Made by a program: the position numbers and the translations under genes. Under the pieces are notes generated by a model. The model ran no database searches. It was given only the letters and a program-made list of their open reading frames with translations, and was not told where the DNA came from. From an uncultured candidate division WWE3 bacterium (GTDB lineage Bacteria; Patescibacteriota; WWE3; UBA101185; UBA10185), in assembly GCA_963765125.1 (NCBI GenBank), contig CAVXUZ010000005.1, positions 427,441 to 482,252 on the forward strand: a stretch of DNA of 54,812 nucleotides. Reading direction: 5' to 3'. Positions 1 through 10,582 of this stretch are shown here, one piece after another (position 1 is the stretch's first letter; each line of letters begins with the position of its first letter).

Positions 1-79
1 ATTTTTTCACGTCATCATCGGACGCATTTTTATTTAATCCAAGCACTTCGTAATAATCTCGGGCTTTCGGCATTGGCAT
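1..79 (-). CDS. dnaJ: J-domain chaperone (DnaJ-like), N-terminal fragment; the gene continues past the left edge
   Basis: Reverse complement of 1-79 translates to MPMPKARDYYEVLGLNKNASDDDVKK, a canonical J-domain start. It is missing from the ORF track because the window edge truncates it. Confidence 0.6.
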   Translation of the reverse strand, partial: MPMPKARDYYEVLGLNKNASDDDVKK

Positions 80-198
80 ATTCTAGCACTACATATCAAT
101 GTTTGCTAGGTCTTTCTTTTACTTGTTGCTACAACCATTATTGCTATTATTGGAGTTGTATATATAAAGAAAAAGAGCCTGTTTTAGTGATCACCTCT

Positions 199-234
199 AA
201 AAACAAATTAACCCCAGACATAAAATCTGGGGTT
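199..234 (-). terminator. Intrinsic terminator downstream of hup
   Basis: Hairpin AACCCCAGA/TCTGGGGTT followed on the minus strand by AATTTGTTTTT, about 30 nt after the hup stop. Confidence 0.7.
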
Positions 235-262
235 AATGTTCAGTAAACAAACTGTTAAAAGC

Positions 263-535
263 TTACTTAACTGAGTCCTTTAAACCTTTACCGGCTTTGA
301 AAGCTGGTGTTTTGCTTGCAGGAATATGCAAAGGAGCTCCTGTTTGAGGATTTCTTCCCATTCTTGCTGCTCTTGATCTTACTTCAAATGTACCAACTCC
401 GGTCCAAGTAACTTTTTCACCTCTTCCGAGAGCGTTCTTTAAAGTTTCTGCGAGAGCGTCCAATGCTTTAGAGGCATCGACTTTAGTCATACCTGCTCTA
501 TCAGCTACTGCTGCTATTAGATCCATTTTTGTCAC
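263..535 (-). CDS. hup: HU/IHF-family nucleoid DNA-binding protein
   Basis: 90 aa. Contains [40 protein letters not shown], the typical HU beta-arm. Confidence 0.95.
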   Translation of the reverse strand: MTKMDLIAAVADRAGMTKVDASKALDALAETLKNALGRGEKVTWTGVGTFEVRSRAARMGRNPQTGAPLHIPASKTPAFKAGKGLKDSVK

Positions 536-656
536 TTAAAACACCCCCTCTCAAAACTTGCCCTTATTGCAACTGCCATATAAGGATTGCCTGGTGGCAA
601 AGTAACTAACTAATAATAATTTTCAATAATTCAAAAGGTAGGCTCAATCTATGATT

Positions 657-1421
657 CTATCTAAGTCGTTCGATCGAGTTCCTTTCTGTGTCTAATAATA
701 CACTTCTAAAGGCTTTTGTACCAGCATTTTCCCACTCAAACTTCTGATGTTGTCCTGTTAAAAATTGATTGATTATAATCTCTTTTTTTACACCGATTAC
801 CGAGTCTATCGCGCCGGTCATTCCTACATCACTAATATACAAGGTTTTACGCGGTAATACAAGGTTATCGCAAGTTGGTACGTGTGTATGTGTGCCAATC
901 ACCGCCCCAATTCTTCCGTCTAAATAATGAGCTAATGCATACTTTTCGCTTGTTGCTTCAGCGTGAAAATCTAGTATCGAAAATGCTAAGTCAGAGTTTT
1001 TTGTTTCTTCTAATATTTCGTCAGCGCGTCTGAACGGATCATCAACAAGATTATTTGTGAATGAGACTCTTCCAATGAGATTAAAAATAAGAATGTTACC
1101 GAGTTTACCTGCATCAACTATTTCGTAATCTTTGCCTGCAGCGCCCGGTGTAAAATTTGCAGGTCTTACGACAGGAAGCTTTTCGATGTCATCTTCAAAA
1201 CCTTGATGCCAAAAAATATGGTCGCCGCTGGTAAAATAATTAATTCCAGCCCGCATCATTGCTTCTAAAGTAATTTTTGTTGCACCTCGTCCGTGCGCCA
1301 AATTTTCAGCGTTGGCAACAACAAAATCAATTTTATTTTCTTTAATTATTTTTGGAAGTAGTTCTTCTATTAGTTCTCTACCTGGGCGGGCTACAATATC
1401 ACCTATAAATAGTATTCTCAT
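657..1421 (-). CDS. ymdB: YmdB-like metallophosphoesterase (2',3'-cyclic-nucleotide phosphodiesterase family)
   Basis: N-terminus MRILFIGDIVARPGR, plus GDH and GTHTHV metal motifs. Lies next to rny, as in Firmicutes. Confidence 0.85.
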   Translation of the reverse strand: MRILFIGDIVARPGRELIEELLPKIIKENKIDFVVANAENLAHGRGATKITLEAMMRAGINYFTSGDHIFWHQGFEDDIEKLPVVRPANFTPGAAGKDYEIVDAGKLGNILIFNLIGRVSFTNNLVDDPFRRADEILEETKNSDLAFSILDFHAEATSEKYALAHYLDGRIGAVIGTHTHVPTCDNLVLPRKTLYISDVGMTGAIDSVIGVKKEIIINQFLTGQHQKFEWENAGTKAFRSVLLDTERNSIERLR

Positions 1422-1422
1422 A

Positions 1423-1632
1423 TTATTTGATTCTAGTAACTTCGTAGTTGTCTATGTGGTAAATCCCAAAAATATCGATAGGATTTTTTGATGATTTTAC
1501 AAAGACGGCTACAACTACGACTAAAAATAATACAAACACAGCCGTAACGCAACCCTTTACTATCGAGCTCAATATTTTAAAAAATCCGTAAAACAGTATC
1601 AAAAACAAAAGCAACGCTAAAAGATAGTACAT
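1423..1632 (-). CDS. Small hydrophobic membrane protein, unknown function
   Basis: 69 aa with two predicted TM helices, packed between rny and ymdB. Confidence 0.5.
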   Translation of the reverse strand: MYYLLALLLFLILFYGFFKILSSIVKGCVTAVFVLFLVVVVAVFVKSSKNPIDIFGIYHIDNYEVTRIK

Positions 1633-1649
1633 ATCATCTACATATTATC

Positions 1650-3143
1650 TTATTTTGCGGTCTCAGTCACCCTAGTTTCCCTTATTACTGTAACCTTAAC
1701 AACACCTGGATAGGTTTGCTCGAGTTCGATTTTTTTAGCAATTTCTCTAGCCAAAAACGCGGTTGACGCATCGTCAACTTTGTCTGGTTGCACAAACACA
1801 CGAACTTCTCGTCCCGCTGAAATTGCATAAGCTTTGTCAACTCCGTCAAAATGTGTTGCAGCTTCTTCAAGAGCTTTCATTCTCTTAACATAAGATTCGT
1901 AGTCTTCACCTCTAGCACCTGGTCTGGCACCGCTGACGTGATCAACAAGGTTTACTACAGCTGATTCGATTGAGGTGAACGGCCTATCTTCGTGATGTTC
2001 TGCAATACAGTTAACAACTTTTTCATCAATACCGTGCTTTCTTAGCAAGTCGACGCCTAACTGCACGTGTGTACCATCATCTTCGGTAACAATTTTACCT
2101 ATGTCATGGAAAAGACATCCTAGTTTAACCGTCTCCACGTTGACCCCTAATTCATGAGCGATTGCAATTCCCATTTTTGTTTCTTCAAGCGTATGCTCAA
2201 TCATGTTCTGGCCGTAAGAAAATCTATACTTAAACTTTCCTAGCATGTAAACTAGCTCTTTTGGAATACTGTAAGCACCAACTCTGTGGCAGAGGTCTTC
2301 TCCTGCTTTTTGAATCAAGTGGTCAATGTCTGCTCTTGTCTGCTCAACAATGTCCTCAATTCTTGCCGGTTGAATTCTGCCATCTTTAATTAACCTCTCT
2401 AGTGACACCTTAGCTACTTCTCTTCTAATTGGATCGAAACTTGAGATCATTATTTCGCTAGAGTTAGAATCCATATCAAACTCAACGCCTGCGAGCTCTT
2501 CAAATTTTTTGATATTTCGTCCCTCTTTTCCAATTATGCGTCCTTTTAGCTCTTCATCTGGAAGTGCAACTTTTGAGCTGGTGTACTCGACAACATAATC
2601 TGTAGCGCCGTATCTCATCGCTTCAACCATTAGCTGCTTAGCTTTTTCATTTACTGTACGGCTTACCTCTTCTTCCATCTCTTTTATTTTCTTACCTTTT
2701 TCAGTAGCTAAATCTTTATCTAGTTGCTTGAGAATTTGGTCAACTGCCTCTTGTCTTGAAAGCATAGAAACTTTTTCTAACTCAGTTTTTCTCGATTTCA
2801 AAAGCTCTTCTGCCTCTTCGTTCATACGATCGACAGTTTCTTTTGCGCGTTTGATATTTTTAGACTTTTCCTCTAAATCACGGGCTTTTGCTTCTACTTC
2901 GGCTTTTAAGATAGTAATACCTTTTTCCGCCTCAATAGCTTCAGATTTTATTCTTCGAGCTTCGTTCTCAGCTTCGGTTTTAATTTTTAAAGCCTCATCT
3001 TTGGCTTCAATTACGTACTCACGAGCTTTTGCCTTAATGGCGATGAGCTTGGAATCATCAGATGCGAAAGATACGGATTGGTCGACACGTACCTCTTCTT
3101 GAGGTTTTTTGGACAGTAGTCTGCTTATTAATTCTTTTAACAT
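1650..3143 (-). CDS. rny: Ribonuclease Y
   Basis: N-terminal coiled coil, KH motif GRIIGKEGRNIK and HD motif LFHDIGK. 497 aa. Confidence 0.95.
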   Translation of the reverse strand: MLKELISRLLSKKPQEEVRVDQSVSFASDDSKLIAIKAKAREYVIEAKDEALKIKTEAENEARRIKSEAIEAEKGITILKAEVEAKARDLEEKSKNIKRAKETVDRMNEEAEELLKSRKTELEKVSMLSRQEAVDQILKQLDKDLATEKGKKIKEMEEEVSRTVNEKAKQLMVEAMRYGATDYVVEYTSSKVALPDEELKGRIIGKEGRNIKKFEELAGVEFDMDSNSSEIMISSFDPIRREVAKVSLERLIKDGRIQPARIEDIVEQTRADIDHLIQKAGEDLCHRVGAYSIPKELVYMLGKFKYRFSYGQNMIEHTLEETKMGIAIAHELGVNVETVKLGCLFHDIGKIVTEDDGTHVQLGVDLLRKHGIDEKVVNCIAEHHEDRPFTSIESAVVNLVDHVSGARPGARGEDYESYVKRMKALEEAATHFDGVDKAYAISAGREVRVFVQPDKVDDASTAFLAREIAKKIELEQTYPGVVKVTVIRETRVTETAK

Positions 3144-3324
3144 TAGTTACTCCTAACTATAATTCACTACACTAATTAATTGGGAAATGAGACTTAAAGA
3201 TAAGCCTTAATATATAAGTCACCCAGCGTTTAAACTAGGTTGCTATAAAGTAAAAATCGTTCTTGTAATTTCAGTTTCATATTAAAACAAGGAATTTCAA
3301 GTCTATTTATTTCCCAAGTGGATT

Positions 3325-3873
3325 CTATTTTACATTAAGAAGCGTGTCAACAATAGTACTTACCTGTTCGTACCTAAAACCCTTCCTAAGTAGAAAAGTT
3401 ACGAGCTTTTGGCGTTTTTCCCTGAGATTATGACTTTTTATGGTTGGTAATTTTTTTGCCGCTAGAACCCCTATTTTTTCATTTTCAAGCTCAGGCGGAA
3501 TCTTTTTAACAGCGTTATCTATTGAAACTTGGTCAATTCCCTTCTTACTAAGAAAGGTTCTCATCTTCATTTTGCTGTCAAAACTACGAATGTTTAATTT
3601 TTCCTTAATGTATTGGTCAACGTAAGAGCTGTCGTTTAAAAGTTTTGCGTCTTTAAGCTTTTGTATAATCGTTTGTTTTATCTCTGATTTTTTAGAATCT
3701 GAGTACCCCTTAATGTTTTTTAGGTAATATCCAACTCTACGATCAATTTCGCTTAAAGTTCTAGGTTTGCTCGATAAAAATATTAATGCTTTATCGTAAA
3801 TGTAATTTGTAAGCTTTTCTTCAGGGCTACTACTCAGAGTCAACGGCTTCTCCACCAAGTTCGAGAGGAACAT
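3325..3873 (-). CDS. recX: RecX-like recombination regulator
   Basis: Immediately downstream of recA and helical-repeat rich (e.g. [11 protein letters not shown]). The ATG ORF overlaps the recA 3' end by 44 nt. A TTG at 3843 is an alternative start. Confidence 0.7.
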   Translation of the reverse strand: MFLSNLVEKPLTLSSSPEEKLTNYIYDKALIFLSSKPRTLSEIDRRVGYYLKNIKGYSDSKKSEIKQTIIQKLKDAKLLNDSSYVDQYIKEKLNIRSFDSKMKMRTFLSKKGIDQVSIDNAVKKIPPELENEKIGVLAAKKLPTIKSHNLREKRQKLVTFLLRKGFRYEQVSTIVDTLLNVK

Positions 3874-4906
3874 CCTCGTTTTTTACAACGCGAGTTCTAA
3901 TTGCTTTCTCAATTTCAGCAGTTACTTTTGGATTCTCTTTAAGGTAAATCTTAGAAGCTTCTCTTCCTTGACCTAATTTTTCTCCATTAAACTCGTACCA
4001 TGCTCCACTTTTCTTTACTACCTCAAGCTCTGATCCAACATCGAGTAGATTACCTTGTTTGCTGATTCCTTCGTTGAACATAATATCAAACTCTGCTGTT
4101 CTAAATGGAGGAGCAACTTTGTTTTTCACAACCTTCACGCGCACTCTTATGCCAGAAAAATCGTCACCCTGTTTTAATGACTGAATTCTTCTGATTTCTA
4201 ACCTTACCGACGCATAGTATTTAAGCGCATTTCCACCTGGGGTAATTTCTGGGTTTCCAAACATAACGCCGACTTTTGTTCTCAATTGATTTGTAAATAT
4301 AACGGTGCAATTTGATTTACTAATCACACCCGCGAGCCTTCTTAACGCCTGACTCATCAACCTTGCTTGTAAAGCAATGTGGCTATCACCAATTTCGCCT
4401 TCGATTTCTGCTCTGGGCACTAACGCTGCAACAGAATCTATCGCGATTATTTCCACTGCGTTTGAACGGATTAAAGTTTCAGCGATTTCTAAAGCTTGTT
4501 CGCCTGTGTCCGGCTGTGATACGAGTAGTTCGTCGACCTTTAGACCTGTTTTTTCTGCATAAATTGGGTCGAAAGCGTGCTCTGCGTCGATAAGAGCTGC
4601 GGTACCGCCCAATGCCTGTGCTTCGGCTATTATGTGCTGTACTAACGTAGTTTTACCGGATGATTCTGGCCCGTAGATTTCAATAATTCTTCCCCTAGGC
4701 ACACCACCAATTCCAAGCGCCATATCAAGTGCGATCGCACCTGTAGGAATAGCGGGAATATCCACTGCTTTTGGATGATCTCCAAGCTTCATAATTGAAC
4801 CAATTCCAAAGTTTTTTTCGATTTGCGCTAGTGCTGAATTAAGCGCAATTTCTTTATTTTTAGCGTCAGAGCTTATTTTTTCTTTTGTGGATATTTTTGG
4901 AGACAT
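3830..4906 (-). CDS. recA: Recombinase RecA
   Basis: Walker [11 protein letters not shown] and full-length RecA-like sequence. 358 aa. Confidence 0.97.
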   Translation of the reverse strand: MSPKISTKEKISSDAKNKEIALNSALAQIEKNFGIGSIMKLGDHPKAVDIPAIPTGAIALDMALGIGGVPRGRIIEIYGPESSGKTTLVQHIIAEAQALGGTAALIDAEHAFDPIYAEKTGLKVDELLVSQPDTGEQALEIAETLIRSNAVEIIAIDSVAALVPRAEIEGEIGDSHIALQARLMSQALRRLAGVISKSNCTVIFTNQLRTKVGVMFGNPEITPGGNALKYYASVRLEIRRIQSLKQGDDFSGIRVRVKVVKNKVAPPFRTAEFDIMFNEGISKQGNLLDVGSELEVVKKSGAWYEFNGEKLGQGREASKIYLKENPKVTAEIEKAIRTRVVKNEDVPLELGGEAVDSE

Positions 4907-4995
4907 ACTGTACCTTTCTCAAATTTATGTATATTTATTTTATCAGCTGCTTACTATTAAACAATAGAGAATATGCTAATTGTAATAGATGTTTT

Positions 4996-6459
4996 CTACT
5001 TGATTTGTTTTACGAGACGCTTTAAAGTTCTTTCTTTTCCTAGAAGTTCAATGATTTCCATAATTGGAGGAGTGGCACTCTCTCCCGTCACGGCAACTCG
5101 TAAAGTCATAAAAGCCTCTTTTGTTTTGAAACCCAGTTTATTTACTAAATCGTGAGATTTATGCTCTAAGTCTTTGGCGTTAAATTCTTTTTCTGGCAAT
5201 GATTTGTACAACTCAATAAACGCGTCGATGATTTCTACTTTTCTTTCATTGGTTTGGGTATGTTTTAATATTTCTTGATTATCTACAGTTGGCTCAGAAA
5301 AAAAGTAATGAGTTAATTCAACAAACTCAGAAAATGTTTTCATACGCTCTTGGACCAACGCGATTACTTGAGTCTTATAATTACTGTCGAAATCTGCGGC
5401 GTGTAAGTCAACTTCAAACTTTTTTGCCCAAGTTTCGATTAAACTTAAAAGTGTTTCTTGTGGCATACTCCTTATATAAAGTCCATTTATCCATATTAAT
5501 TTTTCACGATCAAACGAAACTAAATCAGTTTTGTGAATTCTTGAAATATCAAAATCTTCAACAAATTCCTCAAGTGAATAGATTTCTTTTTCGGTACCAG
5601 GATTCCATCCCAAAAACATAAGAAAATTAAGCAGGGCGTCGACTATGTAGCCTTCTTTAAGAAAATCTAAAGCAAATACAGCACCAAACCTTTTTGAAAG
5701 TTTTCTATTTTCACCTTTTTCTTTTAGGTTTGGTAAATGTACATATGTTGGAAGATCCCAGCCAAAGGCGCGATGTAATAAAATATGTTTTGGCGTCGAA
5801 GGCAACCAATCGTTTCCCCTCATAACATGTGTGATTTTCATTAAGTGATCATCTACCACTACTGCTAGGTGATAGGTTGGAAACCCATCGGATTTGAGCA
5901 ATACCGTATCGTCAACCTCATTTGACTCAAACGAAATTTCTCCAAAAACAGCATCGGTAAAAGTAATTACCTCATCTTTTGGTACCTTTAATCTCACTAC
6001 ATAGGGTGTATTTTGGCTAAGCTTTTGCTCGACTTCTTCTCGTGTAAGATTCCTACAATGACCGTCGTACATTGTTTTTGACAACCCTTCTTTCATTTGG
6101 GCCTCTCGCATTTCATCTAAACGCTCTTTAGTACAGAAACAGTAATAGGCCATACCCTTATCAATAAGCTTATCTACATACTCTTTATAAATTGGAAGTC
6201 TTTCAGACTGTGTGTATGGACCATATTCACCACCTTTTATCGGACCCTCATCCCAATCGAGGTGGTAATCTTTGATAACTTCTAAAATTCTTTCTGTAGC
6301 GCCCTCAACATAACGTTCTTGGTCGGTGTCTTCAATTCTTAATAAAAATTTGCCCCCGTTTTTCTTTGCAAACGCATAGTTATAAAGGACTGTTCTTATA
6401 TGACCTATGTGGTATTCACCTGTTGGACTTGGTGCCATTCTTGTTCTTACGCCGTGCAT
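4996..6459 (-). CDS. gltX: Glutamyl-tRNA synthetase
   Basis: Class I HIGH motif (YHIGHIRT) and KMSKS-like RKLSKR. 487 aa. Confidence 0.93.
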   Translation of the reverse strand: MHGVRTRMAPSPTGEYHIGHIRTVLYNYAFAKKNGGKFLLRIEDTDQERYVEGATERILEVIKDYHLDWDEGPIKGGEYGPYTQSERLPIYKEYVDKLIDKGMAYYCFCTKERLDEMREAQMKEGLSKTMYDGHCRNLTREEVEQKLSQNTPYVVRLKVPKDEVITFTDAVFGEISFESNEVDDTVLLKSDGFPTYHLAVVVDDHLMKITHVMRGNDWLPSTPKHILLHRAFGWDLPTYVHLPNLKEKGENRKLSKRFGAVFALDFLKEGYIVDALLNFLMFLGWNPGTEKEIYSLEEFVEDFDISRIHKTDLVSFDREKLIWINGLYIRSMPQETLLSLIETWAKKFEVDLHAADFDSNYKTQVIALVQERMKTFSEFVELTHYFFSEPTVDNQEILKHTQTNERKVEIIDAFIELYKSLPEKEFNAKDLEHKSHDLVNKLGFKTKEAFMTLRVAVTGESATPPIMEIIELLGKERTLKRLVKQIK

Positions 6460-6501
6460 GTGTTCATTCTACCAAAAAGGTATACATGATAATATATAGT
6501 T

Positions 6502-7632
6502 GTGACGTTAACTCAAGTCTCTAGACTTTTTAGAATAGGTGTTGTCTTTTTAATTATCGCGGTAATTGTTTACTACATTTCTATATTAATCATCATCCCA
6601 ATTGGAAGTTCTTTATATGCTGCTGCGTTTCCAAAAAAAGATCCTCCTAACAATTATTATGGACTACTACCTCCTTTAGAATTTGTTGAATATAAAACCA
6701 AAAACGCAGGAGCGCCAATATTTAAACTAGATACAAAAGATGGAAGGTTGCCAAGTGAATTACCCAAAAAAATCACGGTTTACAAAGTAGAAAAGCCTAT
6801 ACCTTCATTCGAAAAGGGTAAGGACGCAATTAGAACAGCACAGGCACTGGGGTTTAATGACGCTGATCTAGTTTCTAGTTTAAAAGACGTCGTTTATGAG
6901 TGGAAAAAAATTGAGTCTGGCGGCGTACTGAAAATTGATACCGAATCTAAGGTCGTAAACCTTACCACGCCACTCGAAGGAAAAACTGCGTTATTTCCAC
7001 GCGGTTCGATTTCTACAGGGGATGCAATTAAGGAAGCAACAAAACTCTTAACTGATGTTGGCAGATTTAATGACGAGCTTTACCGAACTGGAAAACAGGA
7101 AGTAACGCTGGGTAGATACAATGGCAACATTATTGAACAGACAACCAACGCGCTTGACGCCCAAATCGCTAGAGTAGATTTTTATAGAGGTATCGGAGAC
7201 TATGCAATTTTAGGTCCTGACCCAAGGGAGGGTTTAATAAATCTTTACGTCAGGGGTCCACAAAAAGAAAAAGTATTCTACAACTTCCCTGTGATGGAGT
7301 CGTACAATTGGGAAATACAAACACAATCAAACGCAACCTACGGAGTTATCCCTGTTTCAACTGCATGGGAACATATTAAAAACAATCGCGGTGTAATAAG
7401 TAATATTACGCCCGAAAACAGCTCAAATCTCTCCGAATATACACCCGTAGCAGTTGATGAGGTCTTTATTAATAATATCTACCTCGCTTACTATGACAAC
7501 AAAAGTTCGCAAAAATTCTTACAACCTGTTTATGTTTTTGAAGGAAAATACACTACCGAAGGAACTCAAGGAGGAAAAATTACTTATTACTACCCCGCTG
7601 TCACGCCGGAATGGATACAGCCCACTCAGTAG
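6502..7632 (+). CDS. Membrane-anchored hypothetical protein
   Basis: 376 aa with a GTG start and one N-terminal TM helix followed by a large soluble domain. No motif recognised. Confidence 0.6.
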   Translation: MTLTQVSRLFRIGVVFLIIAVIVYYISILIIIPIGSSLYAAAFPKKDPPNNYYGLLPPLEFVEYKTKNAGAPIFKLDTKDGRLPSELPKKITVYKVEKPIPSFEKGKDAIRTAQALGFNDADLVSSLKDVVYEWKKIESGGVLKIDTESKVVNLTTPLEGKTALFPRGSISTGDAIKEATKLLTDVGRFNDELYRTGKQEVTLGRYNGNIIEQTTNALDAQIARVDFYRGIGDYAILGPDPREGLINLYVRGPQKEKVFYNFPVMESYNWEIQTQSNATYGVIPVSTAWEHIKNNRGVISNITPENSSNLSEYTPVAVDEVFINNIYLAYYDNKSSQKFLQPVYVFEGKYTTEGTQGGKITYYYPAVTPEWIQPTQ

Positions 7633-8720
7633 GCCCAAGAATAGCTTGAAAATACCCAATCCAAAATTTCCTTAGTGTCAGAAAACCTATCGTCGCTTGC
7701 CATAACAACAATCGTTAAAGTTTTCTCTCCATCATCGTATCCATAGAGCAAAACCTCACCTGCGCCGTCAGTCGTACCTGTTTTTATACCTACAGTTCCA
7801 GGTACATCCCAAAGCAAACGATTAGTACTAACTAGATTAACGTCCAATTTTTCGGTTTCGTCTGTATAGGAAAATTCTTTTGTCTGAACAATCTCACGAA
7901 TAAACGATTTTTCCATAGCACTCTTTGAAAGTAAATACAGATCCCAAGCCGAAGAATAGTGGGCTCCATCCTCGCCATCAAGACCAATTGGATTTGTAAA
8001 TTTTGTATCAAACATTCCTAGTTCTTCTGCTTTCTTGTTCATAAAACCCACGTACTCACTTTCGTCCATATTTCCATTTGCAAGGGCACAGCCAGCGTCA
8101 CCCGCCGAAGAAATTAAAAGGCTGTAGAGCAAATTTTTAACAGAAAACAGCCCACCAGTAGGAAGCCATAATTTAGTACTCTCAACCTTTGAACAAAATT
8201 CAGGAATTGTAATTATCGCGTCTGGGTCGTACACATCCAATGCCACAAGAGCAGTCATCAATTTTGTTGTTGAGGCTGGTGCAAACGGAACGTGGATATT
8301 ATTTTCGCTAAGAATTTTTCCAGATTTGTTGTCTACTACGAGGTAAGCTCTCGCTGAAATGAATGGAAATGCCTTTTTTGATATGAGAACCGGTGATCTA
8401 TTAACGTTACCGGCAACTTTCTGACCCAATACGTTACGGCTAGACGAAGCGGACACTATAAGCGATTGGGGGCCGTAAATATTTGAAACAAGAGCGTTGT
8501 GCACCAAGGAAACCTGTTTTTTATAAACACTGAAAGGATTTTGAGAAATAAATGGATGGGCGATAATCACCAACACCAAACCAACTAGTGCAAAGTTGAA
8601 AATTAACCTTAGAAATAAAGCTTTTCCAAGCTGAATCGCAACAAGGTCAAACGTCCAAATTATTCCCATCACTAATCGGATCAATAATATTTTGGCTTTT
8701 TGAGATAAGGTCAATACCAC
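7626..8720 (-). CDS. D-alanyl-D-alanine carboxypeptidase (S11 / PBP5-like)
   Basis: SxxK (ASTTKLM) and KTG (IKTGTT) motifs, with an N-terminal membrane anchor. Confidence 0.85.
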   Translation of the reverse strand: MVLTLSQKAKILLIRLVMGIIWTFDLVAIQLGKALFLRLIFNFALVGLVLVIIAHPFISQNPFSVYKKQVSLVHNALVSNIYGPQSLIVSASSSRNVLGQKVAGNVNRSPVLISKKAFPFISARAYLVVDNKSGKILSENNIHVPFAPASTTKLMTALVALDVYDPDAIITIPEFCSKVESTKLWLPTGGLFSVKNLLYSLLISSAGDAGCALANGNMDESEYVGFMNKKAEELGMFDTKFTNPIGLDGEDGAHYSSAWDLYLLSKSAMEKSFIREIVQTKEFSYTDETEKLDVNLVSTNRLLWDVPGTVGIKTGTTDGAGEVLLYGYDDGEKTLTIVVMASDDRFSDTKEILDWVFSSYSWAY

Positions 8721-8764
8721 AAAAGGAATATACCAAACTTTATAATCGTTTGATACAGGCTATT

Positions 8765-10060
8765 TTACGGTGTTAGACGCTTTACATCCCTAGGCATAAA
8801 CGCTGTTTCTTTAACGCTTTGCTGGTCAAGAATCTTCATAATTAATCTTCCTGGACCAATTCCGCCACCACCGTGAGGTGGGCATCCATACCTAAAGAAA
8901 TTCAAATAATCTTTAATACTTTCTAAAGATAAACCTTTTTCTTTTGCTTGTGCCTCTAAAATTTCAACCCGATGTTCTCGCTGTGCACCAGTTACCACTT
9001 CTAACCCTTTGTAAAGTAAATCAAAACTTTTTGTTAGTTTTGGATTACCTTCTTGGCGCATATGGTAAAAAGGTCTTGTTTCAATTGGGTAATCGGTAAG
9101 CAATACAAAATCAGAACCAGTTTCTTCTTTTAGCATTCGGCAAAGTTCTTTCTCTTCTTCGGGAGAAACGTCGCCAGGTTTTTCACTCGCAAAGCCCGCT
9201 CTCTTTAGTTTTTCTTTTGCCTCTGCCATTGTAATTTTTGGAAAAGGTTTCGTTGGAACCTCTAAATCAGGAAGTACTTCTTTCTTAAGCGTTTCAAATC
9301 CACTGATAAACATGTTTTCTAGCTCAGACATTACTTCGTAGTGATCTGAAACAAATGAAATCTCAAAATCCCATCCCGTGAACTCAGTCATGTGTCTCGT
9401 TGTATATGATGGTTCAGCCCTAAAAACGGGTCCTATTATAAAAACTTTCTCTAGACCACTTGCCATCGCTGCTTGTTTATAAAACTGAGGAGATTGGGCT
9501 AGAAAAGCTTTTCTATCAAAATATGTCACCTCAAATACTTCTGCCCCCGACTCGCTCGGGGCGCTCATAAATGATGGTGAGTAAATTTGAAAGTAATCGT
9601 TTTTGTAAAAGTATTCACGAAAACCTTTTTCAAGAGAGGTCCATACTCTAAAGATTTGCTGTTTATCTTTTTTTCTAAGGTCTATCCATCTCCAATCAAA
9701 TCTTTTTGTCATCTCTGTCTCTTCGCCGCCCTTTTCAACATTTATAGGGATTGGTAATTCAGGATCTGCTTTTGAAAGAACAGCAAGTTCCTTAAGTGCA
9801 ATCTCAAATCCACCTGGAGCTTGTTTTTCTTCTTTTAGCAACCCTTTTACTTCGATTACCGATTCGCTGCTAAGTTCTGATAATTTATCAAATAATTCAA
9901 TATTTTCATTTTTTAGAACAACTGCCTGAATAAGTCCGCTCACGTCTCTGATAAGCAAAAATGCAATTTTTCCTTGGTTTCTCATTACTTCCAAAAATCC
10001 AGCAACTACTACCTCTTTTCCTATGAATTCTTTTAGGTCTTTAATCAACGTTCTTTTCAT
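8765..10060 (-). CDS. aspS: Aspartyl-tRNA synthetase, archaeal/type-2 (possibly non-discriminating)
   Basis: 431 aa class IIb enzyme. Has FRAEPSYTTRHMTEF (motif 2) and the C-terminal GGGGIGPGRL...PRDVKRLTP typical of type-2 AspRS rather than AsnRS. Confidence 0.85.
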   Translation of the reverse strand: MKRTLIKDLKEFIGKEVVVAGFLEVMRNQGKIAFLLIRDVSGLIQAVVLKNENIELFDKLSELSSESVIEVKGLLKEEKQAPGGFEIALKELAVLSKADPELPIPINVEKGGEETEMTKRFDWRWIDLRKKDKQQIFRVWTSLEKGFREYFYKNDYFQIYSPSFMSAPSESGAEVFEVTYFDRKAFLAQSPQFYKQAAMASGLEKVFIIGPVFRAEPSYTTRHMTEFTGWDFEISFVSDHYEVMSELENMFISGFETLKKEVLPDLEVPTKPFPKITMAEAKEKLKRAGFASEKPGDVSPEEEKELCRMLKEETGSDFVLLTDYPIETRPFYHMRQEGNPKLTKSFDLLYKGLEVVTGAQREHRVEILEAQAKEKGLSLESIKDYLNFFRYGCPPHGGGGIGPGRLIMKILDQQSVKETAFMPRDVKRLTP

Positions 10061-10085
10061 ATTATTTTCTCCAGGTAATTTAATG

Positions 10086-10265
10086 AAAAAGCCCTCACTA
10101 AACTACCAAATTTGATAATTTTGTGAGGGCGTTTCCTAAAGGATCGCGGTACCACCTCTTTTTTGTCTTATTACTAAGCTATAACGGGCTCCCCCGTAGG
10201 ATTCTAATCTCCGTAAAGGATTTCTTTCCTAAGCTCACCGGTGTTCGCCGGATCTATGCCTGTAG
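10086..10265 (-). promoter_or_regulatory. T-box riboswitch leader of aspS
   Basis: The minus strand reads AGAGGUGGUACCGCG (T-box sequence, plus-strand 10141-10159). The antiterminator is GAGG[UGGUACC]GCG...CGCCCUC. A competing terminator GCCCUCAC...GUGAGGGC + UUUUU lies at 10086-10130. An upstream TTGACA-N17-TAATTT promoter lies at 10270-10298. Confidence 0.85.
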
Positions 10266-10321
10266 TCTTAAATTAGTTCTTATAATAGGTTTTGTCAATT
10301 ACTTAATGTAAAATATAGTTA

Positions 10322-10582
10322 ATGGATGGTAAGTATATAAAAGCAACATTTAAGATTTTTCTTGTTTTTGTTATTGCTGGATTTATAGTTCAAGCAACTT
10401 CATTTGGAATTTATTGGTATAACAGAAGAAACTTCGGCGAACGTGGGGTATATAAAGAAAAAAAAGATAGATGTGAAAGGGTAATAAATAGAGAAGAAGG
10501 TGACCTGATAGATTATTCTGAGTGTGTTATTTTTCTAAAGTGGCTTGAAAAAAATTCGAATATTGATAAATACGGCAATTAA
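10322..10582 (+). CDS. Small membrane-anchored hypothetical protein
   Basis: 86 aa with one TM helix. No recognisable motif. Confidence 0.45.
   Translation: MDGKYIKATFKIFLVFVIAGFIVQATSFGIYWYNRRNFGERGVYKEKKDRCERVINREEGDLIDYSECVIFLKWLEKNSNIDKYGN

Noticed and set aside
2728-3102. An antisense ORF inside a long gene. Other examples are 4363..4593, 12032..12301, 18737..19147, 20501..20890, 21497..21796, 22076..22387, 32609..32938, 45928..46278, 50171..50491 and 52712..52973.
   Set aside because: All lie within and opposite, or out of frame to, confidently identified genes. They have biased Ser/Leu/Phe-rich composition and no independent signals.
10123-10311. 62-aa plus-strand ORF in the aspS upstream region.
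   Set aside because: It lies entirely antisense to the T-box leader, whose conserved RNA motifs explain the sequence.
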